A DNA stretch of 51,576 nt from Nemertoderma westbladi (Eukaryota > Animalia > Xenacoelomorpha), in assembly GCA_032718475.1 (NCBI GenBank), contig JAUCBJ010002662.1:1-51576 (forward strand). Direction: 5' to 3'. Below, in pieces: positions 25,132 to 37,121 of the stretch. Each line of letters opens with the position of its first letter. The first letter of the stretch is position 1. The notes beneath the pieces are model-generated. The model ran no database searches and was not told where the DNA came from. It was given only the letters and a program-made list of their open reading frames with translations. The translations under genes were made by a program, and so were the position numbers.

Positions 25132-25673
25132 TACACTGCAGTTATTCTTCTACCTTGTAGCTGTTTGTTTGTACCAATGGAAAGCTGATACAAATATAGG
25201 ATTACAAATATATAAAACAATTTGAATTTTGTTGAAAAATAGCTAAGATATTGGCGTTCAGATGTTGCATGGTTATGCACCTGCGCGAGGCTATTTTATT
25301 CTATTTAAAAAATGCATCATAATCTGGAATATTTTGTTTATCCAAATACGTAGCTGGGCAACAATGCATTACATCTTTAATCATAATATTACGTAGCTAT
25401 TCATACATTTAAAAAATGTTCCAGAATATGGTTTATTTATTAATATAATAAAATAGCCTAGCGTCTTTGCAAAACCATGCAACATTTGAACGCTAATATC
25501 TCAGCTATTTTTCAACGAAATTCAAATTGTGTTACATATGTGGAATCCTTGCATGGCCAGCTTTCCATTGGTACCAACAAACAGCTTTAAGGTAGAAGAA
25601 TAACCTGCGGTGTAACTGGTGAAATATTGCTGGAGACACTTTTTTTAAAACACCTTTTTTCTGGGACATGGTG
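25132..25673. mobile_element. Palindromic MITE (Tc1/mariner-like), left end cut off by the LTR insertion
   Basis: 25132-~25300 is an imperfect inverted repeat of ~25445-25615; the right arm continues to …ttttctgggacatggtg followed by TA. Confidence 0.65.
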
Positions 25674-26042
25674 TAATTATTATCAATAACCGAGAGAAAG
25701 CCGCCCCAATATTAGATTATTACAACAACATATCCATTGGGTAAGAAAGTGGAGGAGAGCCAGCCCGTCTCTTAATTTTTTACTTTATATTACGCGATCA
25801 ATTTTCACTCATCTCGTCATGAACCCAACATGTATGTAACCTTTTGTTAAATTTGTTGGCTATGCGTTTGCGGTTGTTTGGGCGGTGTGTGGTAGGCCTA
25901 CACTTTTCACACTTAAATATTTTGGTTGTGAAATGTTACAGGGCATAGCGATCTGAGATATTTCATTTATATTTTATTATGAGAGGAAGAAGAACATACA
26001 ACGTTATTTACTATGTAACAAAATAATTGTTTTCGGGTTTAA

Positions 26043-28370
26043 CTTGGAAGCCTCCCCAAATAGTTGATATACAATTATATTTATAATTATTTCCATGGTC
26101 ATGGTCATTCACCCGTCTTTAGTTAGAAATTTGTTTGCATGAAAGACAGTTTAGTTTAGTTTTTACTGAGTTTTTTACTTAGTTTTTAGTTTTTAATTGT
26201 GTGGTCCAATTGTTATTTGATTTCTATGTATTATTTAAAGTGCATTTAATATCACACTGGTTTTTAGAATATTATACTATACAACCTTATGTTTTATTAA
26301 TTTACCCAATCGAAGCCTCATAAGGGCCGGTTATTTGTACGCATATCCCCTAATGCGCTCAGTAAGGTTCAAACAACATATTAATATGAAAATAAAGTAT
26401 CTGCAAAGAAAATAACCCAATACTATATAATTTGACCTTATTAAAAAATTTGCACATTTGCACACTTATTTGTACAAATGCACTTTAGCAGATCGTAATG
26501 GTGGCTCTTATTTAACAAACTTATGTTTATCCTCTACCGATCTACGATGGTGTATGATCAAGTGTCAGTCGCTAAAAGTGTCAAAAATCCAATTTAATAA
26601 ATCTGGATTTGCGATTTTGGACCATATTCATGGACATTTTAAGTCACTTTATAGACATAAAAAGTTAAACAAATGTTACGATTATAGTTAGAAATCATTA
26701 CAAACTACATTTTAATCCAAAAAATAACATTCTACGATGAATAGAACTGGAAATAATAGTGTTTGAAATATCGAAAAAATGTTCACTATTTAAGTGCATT
26801 TTGCACTAAGTGCACATAAGTCTTTTCCCAAGTTTTATCCTATTTCACACACTACGATCTATTCTCTATCCAATGAAAAGTTTCAGATTAAACGGCCCTG
26901 TAGAACCGAAGTTAATTATGTTTAAAAATAGTCACTCGAAAATTTCAAATTCTCTTGGTCACATAGTCTAGTGGTTATCAATCACGTTAATGAAACCTAA
27001 GTTCGCGGGTTCGAAATCCAATATTGACCTGACCATTCTTAATTTTTTTGCAAAAAAAATTATTTTTATTTTTTCACTAAAATCGCTCTAACTTCGGTTC
27101 TGGTGGTCCAAATTCAATAAAATTGGTATTATTCTTTGCCGTAATTTTTTTCTTAATCTTTTGAGAAGGGGTTATTTTTGGCCCCAAAAAAATTTAAAAA
27201 AAGGGCCAAAATAACGCGATATTTTTCGACCCTTAAAATTCGTAAATTTAATTATATATGTTAAGATAAAAGATAGCGGAGTTAATTTGATACTTTTTAC
27301 AGGTACTTTTGGCGCAATACGCTAAATTATAATGGAATAGCGATTTGTTAAAAAAAAAAATTTTCGTCCCTTTTTATAAATATTATATTTCACACGATCG
27401 CCTGCCGCTCCAGTTTTATAATACCTCCGGCGCTGTGATTAACGCTGTTAGATAGATAATTTAACGCACTATACGTCTGTGTAAACAAATCTCCCGTAAG
27501 TTAAGTAGTTTTCGAGCTAGACGATTTCCCGCGAAGCAAGTTTGAAGCGCGAAATTATAATTTTGGCCCTCCTTTTTTTAATATCATCCTTGGAGCAAAA
27601 CCGATAGCATATTTGAATTCCCCGTATGGATATTGACTGTATAGAATGTACCTTAACCAACTAAAGTTAAAAATAAAAAATTATTCGATAAAAACTACTT
27701 TACAAATTCTGGCCCTTTTTGGCCCCTATTGCCGACATATTTTTTGTACCCCCATTCGATAGGAACGTAGCCCCAATGGTCTTCTACGAGTTTCATAAAA
27801 GAATTAGTGGATTCCTACCCGCGTTGTCGAATTAAACATTTCGGAAATAAGTTTTCCAAAAAAGACGGACAAAAACGTACAAATTTACAGCCCCTTTTTC
27901 CACCCGAAATTTTAATAAATATCTTACCCCCATTCGATACGAAGGTAGTACCACTCTTCCCCTTTCCAACCGCGTTACTTTCGTCCACGTACGATTAATA
28001 TTAGCCGAGTTATAGCGGATCCCGCAAAGTTATTTTGTCCGTTTTTTCAACTTTGACGGACATTTTCGGAAAAAAGGCGTGGTAATCTTTTTTGAAAAAA
28101 AAAACGAATTCACTAATTAATCCCTTCTATCGTATTCCGGCGTCGGCTAAGCAATAACCTAGGGTTTTTTCGAGCCACTGTAGAGCGCCTTTCAAAAAAA
28201 ATTTTAAAATTGTCGAAAAAATGACGGTTTTTTGTCCGCCGTGTCCGTCGAAGGGTTAGATTTAATAATGTTCGAGTTGCTAATATCTTAGAATTCCGAC
28301 CTGCTCCCCTGGTGAGAAAATAAAAAAATTTGGTCAGTTCCTTCATCGAAAAGTCTCCCAGAATCCCAAG
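26043..28370. mobile_element. Possible old TTAA-flanked non-autonomous DNA element
   Basis: TTAA at 26039-26042 and 28371-28374 with weak inverted termini (CTTGGAAGCCT vs CTTGGGATTCT, 8/11); internal short inverted motifs (agaaccgaagtta / taacttcggttct). No coding support. Confidence 0.25.
26957..27030 (+). pseudogene. Degenerate tRNA-like sequence (tRNA pseudogene or SINE head)
   Basis: GGTCA…TGACC acceptor-like pairing ~73 nt apart, A-box TAGTCTAGTGG, B-box GGTTCGAAATCC; D and anticodon arms do not pair well. Confidence 0.4.
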
Positions 28371-28887
28371 TTAACCTATATAGTTAGCGATGGCCTGCGG
28401 CTTTAGGAGCGGCCGCGGTATTCACCTCCCTCATAGCGGCCGCGGCGGTGTTGCGTCAAATGGAGAAATATTTATCCAACCAAGTATGATGCATAATAAT
28501 GGTTTCCTATTTTATGGTAAAATTAATTGAATAATATCTATAGAAAATGTAACATTAGGGGCCAACCACCAGAAAATGATAAAACTTGAACATTTATTTA
28601 TTACAATAGTACATGCTAACTTAATATAAACATATGTAACTACGACTATAAGTTAGTTATGAGTCGTATGATATAGAAAGTATAAAAAGTTGCGAATATT
28701 CAGAATAAATATAAAAATATATAAATAAATAAATGTGCATGTAGAGTAAGTTAACGAAAATAAATTTTATTTATTCCAGAAAATTGCTATTTAACCGATT
28801 TATAACCAACTTTTGAGGAATTTGATTGAATTATTATTTTTTCCTATAAATATATTATGGAAATGAAAGAAAAGTAAATCATTTTCC

Positions 28888-29460
28888 TAAAATGGATGAT
28901 GTTCACTATAAAATGAATGATGTTCACTATAAAATGGATGATGTTCACTATAAAATGGATGATGTTCACTATAAAATGGATGATGTTCACTATAAAATGG
29001 ATGATGTTCACTATAAAATGGATGATGTTCACTATAAAATGGATGATGTTCACTATAAAATGGATGATGTTCACTATAAAATGGATGATGTTCACTATAA
29101 AATGGATGATGTTCACTATAAAATGGATGATGTTCACTATAAAATGGATGATGTTCACTATAAAATGGATGATGTTCACTATAAAATGGATGATGTTCAC
29201 TATAAAATGGATGATGTTCACTATAAAATGGATGATGTTCACTATAAAATGGATGATGTTCACTATAAAATGGATGATGTTCACTATAAAATGGATGATG
29301 TTCACTATAAAATGGATGATGTTCACTATAAAATGGATGATGTTCACTATAAAATGGATGATGTTCACTATAAAATGGATGATGTTCACTATAAAATGGA
29401 TGATGTTCACTATAAAATGGATGATGTTCACTATAAAATGGATGATGTTCACTATAAAAT
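28888..29460. repeat. 21-bp minisatellite (TAAAATGGATGATGTTCACTA) x ~27
   Basis: Near-perfect tandem array, one variant unit (atgaatg) near the left end. Confidence 0.97.
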
Positions 29461-29656
29461 CCATTGGATGGATAACAAATCGGCTGAATCATTTCCCTAC
29501 CAAACGATACATACGTTCCTGTATACCGGATAGACTTATCATCAGCCAGTAACCACAATTCGTTGTATTTGTAGAGTTTAGGGGTTAATGGTACTGTGAG
29601 ACAGATATCCAACGTCTAGCGGTACTAAACCTACCAGAGGCGTAGCAAGACCTTAT

Positions 29657-29854
29657 ATACTACTAGGATCGGCATACCGCATTGCAGCTGCATTTTTAAG
29701 AATGCTGTGCCAGCTTGTCAACAAAATTGCGCCGCCACAACTCCCTATCACCCATGACATTTGCTAGATCATCCGCATCTTCAAGGCCAGTGTCCTTTAA
29801 GATGCGTCTCAAGAAAGTCATGGGCTGTCCACCATGCTTATTCACCCCATGAGC
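29657..29854 (-). mobile_element. RTE-clade LINE 3' fragment
   Basis: Reverse complement of ~30266-30463; encodes HGVNKHGGQPMTF…MGDRELWR; (TAG)n tail; TSD CCTTAT (29651-29656, 29855-29860). Confidence 0.8.
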
Positions 29855-30077
29855 CCTTATGGCGCCCAGGGGAATGAAGCTGAGACAGCACCCCAACCCC
29901 CCCCCCCCCCCCCCCCCCTCCAATAATTTTAACTTTTAATTTCTAACGTATTTTTAATTATACTGTATATCTAACAGTATATTACTATTACTATATCACA
30001 TTGATTATACACTAGTTTGATGTAGTGAGTGCACTTATGATATATTGAATGGCGAGCCAAGCGAGCAGATAAAATTT

Positions 30078-31083
30078 GGCTGAGGGGAACGTGCCCCCCG
30101 TCGCTACGCCTTTGGGTGAGTGCGGCCGAGGGGAACGTGCCCCTGCCCCCTCGCTACGCCTCTAGGTGAGTGCAGCCTAGAACTAGAACAAAATCGCCTC
30201 CGCTTTGCAGGACATTGCTTTCGCCGTGAGGACCAGCCAGTGCATAATCTTGTACTTTGGCAGCCTCATGGAGTGAATAAGCATGGTGGACAGCCCATGA
30301 CTTTCTTGAGACGCATCTTAAAGGACACTGGCCTTAAAGATGCGGATGATCTAGCAAATGTCATGGGTGATAGGGAGTTGTGGCGGTGCAATTTTGTTGA
30401 CAAGCCGGCAAAGCATTCTTAAAAATGCAGCTGCAATGCAGCATGCCGATCCTAGTAGTAGTAGAGTGCAGCCTAGGGGAACGTGCCCCCCGTCACTACA
30501 CCTCTGGGTGAGTGCGGCCGAGGGGAACGTGCCCCTGCCCCCTCGCTACGCCTCTAGGTGAGTGCGGCCGAGGGTAATGTGCCCCACCCTCGCTACGCCT
30601 CTGGGTGAGTGCGGCCGAGGGGAACGTGCCCCTGCCCCCTCGCTACGCCTCTAGGTGAGTGCGGCCGAGGGTAATGTGCCCCACCCTAGCTACGCCTCTA
30701 GGTGAGTGCGGCCTAGGGGAACGTGCCCCCCGTCACTACACCTCTAGGTGAGTGCGGCCTAGGGGAACGTGCCCCCCGTCACTACACCTCTGGGTGAGTG
30801 CGGCCGAGGGGAACGTGCCCCTGCCCCCTCGCTACGCCTCTAGGTGAGTGCGGCCGAGGGTAACGTGCCCCTGCCCCCTCGCTACGCCTCTAGGTGAGTG
30901 CGGCCGAGGGTAATGTGCCCCACACTAGCTACGCCTCTAGGTGAGTGCGGCCTAGGGGAACGTGCCCCCCTGACTACGCCTCAGGGTAAGTGCGGCTGAG
31001 GGGAACGTTCCCATGCCCCCTCACTACGCCTCTAGATGAGTGCAGCTGAGGGGAACGTGCCCCCCTTGCTATGCCTCTGGGTG
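30078..31083 (+). repeat. GC-rich ~46-52-bp satellite, left part
   Basis: Units ggtgagtgcggccgaggggaacgtgcccc(tgccc)ctcgctacgcctct(a/g). Confidence 0.95.
30181..30463 (+). mobile_element. RTE-clade LINE 3' fragment
   Basis: RLRFAGHCFR…LVLWQPHG…DTG…MGDRELWR is the typical RTE ORF C-terminus; (TAG)4 tail; 13-bp TSD GAGTGCAGCCTAG (30168-30180, 30464-30476). Confidence 0.85.
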
Positions 31084-32244
31084 TGTAAAAGCTTTTGCGT
31101 AATTAGCCGGTTATTATCCCTGTAAAGTACTCTGTGGTTGGTTTACCAGGCATAAAAAGGCCGTGTCCTTGCTGTACTGGTGTTTTAGAGGACATAAAAG
31201 CCATTTCTTCTGTATTTGTACTTTAGAGGACATAATCCGCAATTTCGTGACGCAAAAAGCTCGATACTCTTGAAAACAGTGTCGCTACCATGACGACGGC
31301 TAACAGCTGATATTGCCACGTCGACATTTCTTTGTTTCTTTGTTCTCTCGTTGTTCGGTCGACCAATCAGAGCGTTTTTTGTCTCTGTGTTGGAGGTGGA
31401 TACAGAAACTCAGGAATTCAGTGTTATGTTTTTGCCCAGAGCCTAAGAACACCGGCTTTTGGCACCTCCGTGTTTCAGTCTTTAGTCTTACATTAGTAGG
31501 CTTAATTATAGAACGTATATCTGTTATCAATGCAATTCATATCTCAACTAACTAAACATATCATGCATATCTTACTTAACATTACTGCTTTTGCTGTCGG
31601 TTATTCATTATATTTGTTGATGGAAGATTATATTTGGAATACTGATCAATAGTCAGACACCCCAATCTTCTTGATATACTAAAGGTTAGAGAGACCGGTT
31701 ACAGATAAACGATTGCGACTTATGTTAAGTGTCGTGAAGTGAATCTAATGCTATTTTATAGGCCCTACATGCATTGTCTGTTATTCTCTTTGTATGTGAC
31801 TAAAATTAGTGAAGGTCGGCAGATTGGTGTGCAGCATTGTGCAGCATTGTGTATGATTGTGACTGATAACAAAGCATCTCCTAAAGAATGCGCCATATAC
31901 GTGAATCTATAGCCATCTCATTGCGTCTAGTTTAAGTCATAACTCTGTTTACATATTTAGAGCGCCACGTCCTAAAGGAACTGTTAATATTTCCCGAAAG
32001 TGAATAATATTTGTCAGAGATTATATATTACGATCAGTCGAATAATACGGTAGGCTTACACCATCAATCATTAAGCTTCCGAATTCAGTCTCCCGGGTAT
32101 ATCCAGCGGGTGAATGATTGCGCATAGACTGGCTTCGGCTAATGTAGTGTATCAAATACTCGTCATAGGCTAAAGACTATATATCATCTAAAAGACATCC
32201 TAATTTGGCAGGTTAAACTGTCAAAGGTCTTAAAAGCGCAAACA
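31084..32244 (+). repeat. Element C 5' LTR
   Basis: TGTAAAAGC…GCGCAAACA; direct repeat of 44710-45870. Confidence 0.95.
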
Positions 32245-32255
32245 ATAACAGATAT
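32245..32255 (+). promoter_or_regulatory. Element C PBS-position sequence ATAACAGATAT (complementary to LTR 31517-31527)
   Basis: Directly follows the 5' LTR; no TGG; exact reverse complement ATATCTGTTAT lies inside the LTR. Confidence 0.7.
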
Positions 32256-34165
32256 TGCTTCTGGATTGCGGTGTAAGCAATCTAGTCGAAAGTACCGGTC
32301 GACCGGTAATCTGTAAGCCTGACTGCCTGATCATCCGAACCGGTACTTACAGTACAGGTACAGCAGTATTGTTCGATTTTTATAATTATATACCGGTAGG
32401 CCTTAATAATTAATCAGGGACGGCCGCCCTGGTTTTTTATTGAGATTTTACTTGTTTCTGTCAAGTTTTATTTATTTGTAGGTTAATATTGAGCAGAAGG
32501 CGTGTAAGCCTGCTCCGATTGTACAGATAATTTGTAGGCTGGACTGTTGTCTAACCGTTGTTAAGTCTGAACGGATTGCAGTGTGTGTAGAGCATCTGTC
32601 CGATAAAGTGCTAAGTTAGGAAAGTAGGGGCTTCAAGTGCTGTGAGGTAAACCCCCTGTGAAAGAATAAGTCGTACTACTGGGTTAGAACGCATACTAAC
32701 TAATCATTTCGGAGTCTGCATATACTGTAGTTTATTTAGGCTTGATAGTAGTCTGCCAGCGTTTGGTCTGTACTTTGTTTGTGTAGTCTGTACGGGTAGC
32801 GTATAATTTTATTTAGATAATTTGTAGGCTGGATAGTTGTCTGGCTGTTGTTGGGTTTGAGGAAATTTCGGTGTGTGTAGAGCATCTGTCCGAAAAAGTG
32901 CTAGTTGGGAACGTAGGGGCTTCAAGTGCTGTGAGGTAAACCCCCTGTGAAAGAATAAGTCGTACTACTGGGTTAGAACGCATACTAACTAATCATTTCG
33001 GAGTCTGCATATACCGTAGTTTGTTTAGGCTGGATAGTAGTCTGTCAGTATTTGGTCTGCATTTTGTTTGAGTGGTTTGTACGCGTAGCGTAATATTTAT
33101 TATTCAGAGTTTATGCGATTATTCGCAACATTCATATCCCCAAGTTTATTCCTACAGTAATTGTGTTTGTTATACATACCGTTATAGTTAAACTAACCCC
33201 GGTACTACATCAGGGCTGCTCGGCGTAGGTAAAGACTGGAGATTTTATGCTTTGGTCACTCCGGCAGATACCGTGGTTCTTTTAGCTGTTCAAGTATTTT
33301 TAACTACTAATTATTTGTCGTACAAGTACTTGTACCTAATTTAGGGTTTAGTGTACAGTACTTTCCGAAGGTGATTAGTGTGTAGGCAGTATATTTGTGT
33401 TGTAAAGTGGTTAATAGGCACGTTGGTTCTGGTAGACCGCGGTAATTAATCTCTAGGTAGGAACACTCCGTGATACATAACGTAGTACCTATGGCAATAC
33501 GGTTATAGGTCGTCAGGCGGTGGTATTTTCCTATCTGGACAACGCAGTATATTTACTACTACTTATTATTTTCAAATACCGTAGTAACCTGTCCGTTGTA
33601 ATAACCAGATATTCTAACCCTTTGTTAGGCTGGTTAGTAGACTTCTTGTAAAATTACCCTAAAAATTTGTATTTGTGTATTTGTAATTAAATTTTTTGTG
33701 TTTATTTAGAGATTGTAATCTCAACCCGAATTGTACGTAATTCGTAGTATTAAGTAACTTAGGTAAATTAGAATTATTTGTTTTAGTGTCTAATAAGTAG
33801 CACTCCACTGAGAGCGCACAGCTTATGTGTAGTGACTCCCCCAGAAATAATAACATTTATTTCAAACATTGACAAAACCCATTAAACAGGTATATATATA
33901 TATTATAAATCAACTCAAACGATTTATAAATAGTAGGCCTGCCATACAACAATTAGGTCTCAATATCAGTTGGACTACTGCTTAAATAACGGTAATAAGT
34001 AAGTTAAAGTAACCAAGTAACCCTTAAAATTCAGAAATTCAATTATTCTAAAATAATTGATATACCGGTATTTACAATAGGCTTATTATCTTTATTTTTA
34101 TAAATATAGGCTGAAATTATACCGGTATTCTGTAATTAATTCTAGTCTGTAATTATACTTATATA

Positions 34166-34854
34166 CAGTACAGGCCACCAGAAAACGCAGATTTGTACAA
34201 TTGTGAACACATTTTATCAAATGTGTACCAGTGTAATGTAATGTTGTTGAACGGGACAATTGAACATAATTGAAATGGCAACAACCAAAATTTTTTCGCC
34301 AAAGGATACAATTGAATACTTTTGAAACGCTTAGTAATCTGGAAACTCTCTGTAGTTTGCCGCCAACTGTCACTCACTGCAGCTGGAAATGCGATAAGGA
34401 TTTTGTTTACCTTTATAGTGTGCGGTTAATAGTGTCTAGTAGGCAGGCCTATAGTTAGTGATATTAAGGCATCTTCTGGTGTTTCTCTGTGCCCTCTCGG
34501 TGTCAGACTAATGGCGCGACATCTCCCTGCACTAAATTAACTTTTCAATGGTCTAGGCTCCTCCATCCACATACCCATACACTCCATGAACCTCCATGTG
34601 GTCTTGTATGTAGTTCTCTCTCTACCAATACAGGCCCATGTCCGCAATGTTACGCCCTGGGGGCTCTCTCATCTACCTGATATCAGACATATAAGCGCAC
34701 CACACACAAAGCCTTTGTCGGTCCCAGCAAGTTAGCCTTCTGCTGTGTGATCTAGAAGATAACTCGCCATAACCTGCCAATCAGATGACTTGAACAAATG
34801 TGTTCACATGTGATCACATTGGATGAAATCTGCTTTTTCTGGTGGCCTGTACTG
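34166..34854. mobile_element. Tc1/mariner-like MITE (689 bp)
   Basis: 29-bp TIRs CAGTACAGGCCACCAGAAAA(C/A)GCAGATTT (28/29), TA at both sides, absent from the homologous site of element B. Confidence 0.9.
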
Positions 34855-35310
34855 TATATACATAAAAAGTGTAAGCTGCATACCGGTATTCACGATAGGC
34901 CTATTATATATTTATATATATTTGTGCTAAAATTATACCGGTATTCTGTAACAAACCTAGTCTGTAATAATACTTATATATACTATAAGCATACCGGTAT
35001 TCTAATATATTATATATATATCACGCTACACTGAGTAGCAGTTTCGGTAATTAATTATTAGGCTAACAGTGATACTGAATTACTAGACTTGCTTTAACTG
35101 TATTTATAGCCGTAGGCATTCAACTGTGTAAACAAACATGTCTGACACAACCCAATCACTGTCGGATAGTCTCCTAGATAGTGTTAGAATGACTGTTAGA
35201 CAGTGTCTTAAAAAGATCAGTGACATCCTAGCCAAGAACCTAGTTTTCAGCGGCCCGATAGCTCCAGTAGTTCGGATACTGATGAGCGGACGCCCGAACG
35301 CGGAGCGAAG

Positions 35311-37121
35311 ATGGCGGATAAGGTTTATGATGAGCGGCCAACCTATGAAGAATCAACCGACGCCACTTTTTCTCAAGAAGAAAGCGAAGTGACAGCAGAG
35401 AAACCGCATAAGAGGGATGCTATTGACATCTATCTGTCAGACTATCAACGCTTTGTAAGAGATGAAGAGTTGAGGAGAAGGTTGGAGGGGCTTAGCCCTA
35501 ATAGTGAAGGAACCAAGCTTGTGCTGGACGCAATCGATGCGGAAATGTTAGCTGCGAACCAAGCTAAATTTGATGAACTCCTCCGCATCACTAGAGTCCA
35601 AGAAGAGCAAGTAAAGAAAAAACTTATAGAAGACAGAAAGAAAATAGCAGCGGCAGCGGCAGCGGCAGAGGCAAAAGCGGCAGAAGCAAAAGCGGCAGCA
35701 GCGGCAGAAGCGGAAAGAAAGATAGCGGTGGCAGAAGCAGAACGGAGAGCGGCTGAAGAGATCGCCCAATTAGAATTGGAAAACATTCAGGAGAATCAAG
35801 ACTGCATAAATAAACAGTTAACAGCTAGTAATATGCAGATGATGAATCGATCTACTCCCAAAAGACAGGGATATACATCATCTGAGGAAGGCGATACCAC
35901 CGATACTGAAGGCAAAGGAAATAGATCTCGTCTAAGCAGACGTAGAAGAACATCCCACCGTCAGAAATTGCCTGATTTGCCTCCAGCTGTTAGAAGGCAA
36001 CTAAATAACACAAACTTAGGTAGTACAGAACCCACAGACCAAATAATTAAAATAGAAAGACTCCCTACTATAGTAGATGAGCTTGAAATAATTAGGCCTG
36101 TTCCCAAAGCCACCCTTTCGGTGGTAGAGACACCTGTACTCCCTGAACCTACCTCTAAATTCCCTTTGCACAGTACCAAGCTACCTGTGCCCAGCAGAAC
36201 AGCCCATGAGACAGTTCATGCCCTGGACTCCGAGCGAAATATTCATGATTTGTCGCCCGTTGTCCCTCGTCTGCCCGCTACAACGTTGGCGACTCCCGCT
36301 TCGACGGTCGAATGGGTGGATGAGAGACGGCGGGGGATGGATCTCCTGCTCGGGCAGATGCAGGAGACTGTTCAGCAATTCAAGGGCACAGTAAGGGAAA
36401 GTAGGTTAGAGTTGCAAGAAGTGCAGCAAAGTATCGCGTTAGAACGCGATAAATTAGTAAATACACAAAAGGGTTTACCACCACCCCCGGTAACAATGTG
36501 TCAACCTGTATCTCATGCGCAAGGTGTGGAGCCTACACGCATATATACTGCTAGCGAAGTAGAAACTCCTATAGTGAACCCTATTAAGGGTAATTATAGA
36601 CCTGTTGATAATGATATTCCCTATAGACCTGATCATAATCCGAGAAATTTATATACCGATAATTCGATATTAAATAACACGATGGCCCAAGAAAGTTTTA
36701 CGCGTCAAATGGCTAGAACCGAAGCCCGGCAAGCGGTAAAGGTGGGAGAGATCGTCAAGTTCAATGGAGATGAGATGAAATGGTTACCTTTTAATGAATA
36801 TTACAAAGATAACATACAGAACTCTGTGCTATCTAATGGAGAGAAACTTAGATTCCTCATCGAGTGCTTGGAAGGATCTCCCAGTTTAATGGCGTTAAAG
36901 TTTATTGGACATCCAGACGGATTAAGACAAGTTTGGGATACACTAAACATCAGGTATGGTAATAGGAATAACATAGCTAGGTATTTGTATGCAAAATTAA
37001 TGGCGCCCCGAAAGTTTCTTAGCAGCGGGATTATAGAGTTTTCCGATGAGATTCAGGAGATCTGTAGACAATTAGATTGGCTAGGTAAGTCTCACGAATA
37101 CCAGAATTCTATGGTTGTAGG
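35311..37121 (+). pseudogene. gag: Element C gag, 5' part (interrupted by LINE; original ATG probably 35138)
   Basis: Homologous to element B gag up to HEYQNSMVVG; MSDTTQSLSDSLL at 35138 matches the B N-terminus but is out of frame after a deletion/replacement. Confidence 0.9.

Noticed and set aside
28844-29612. Four long ORFs with 7-aa repeats
   Set aside because: Artefact of a stop-free 21-bp tandem repeat.
32638-32665. Hammerhead-like ctgtgag…gaaa in the leader duplication (retrozyme idea)
   Set aside because: Core is not CUGANGA and the motif is absent from the B copies.
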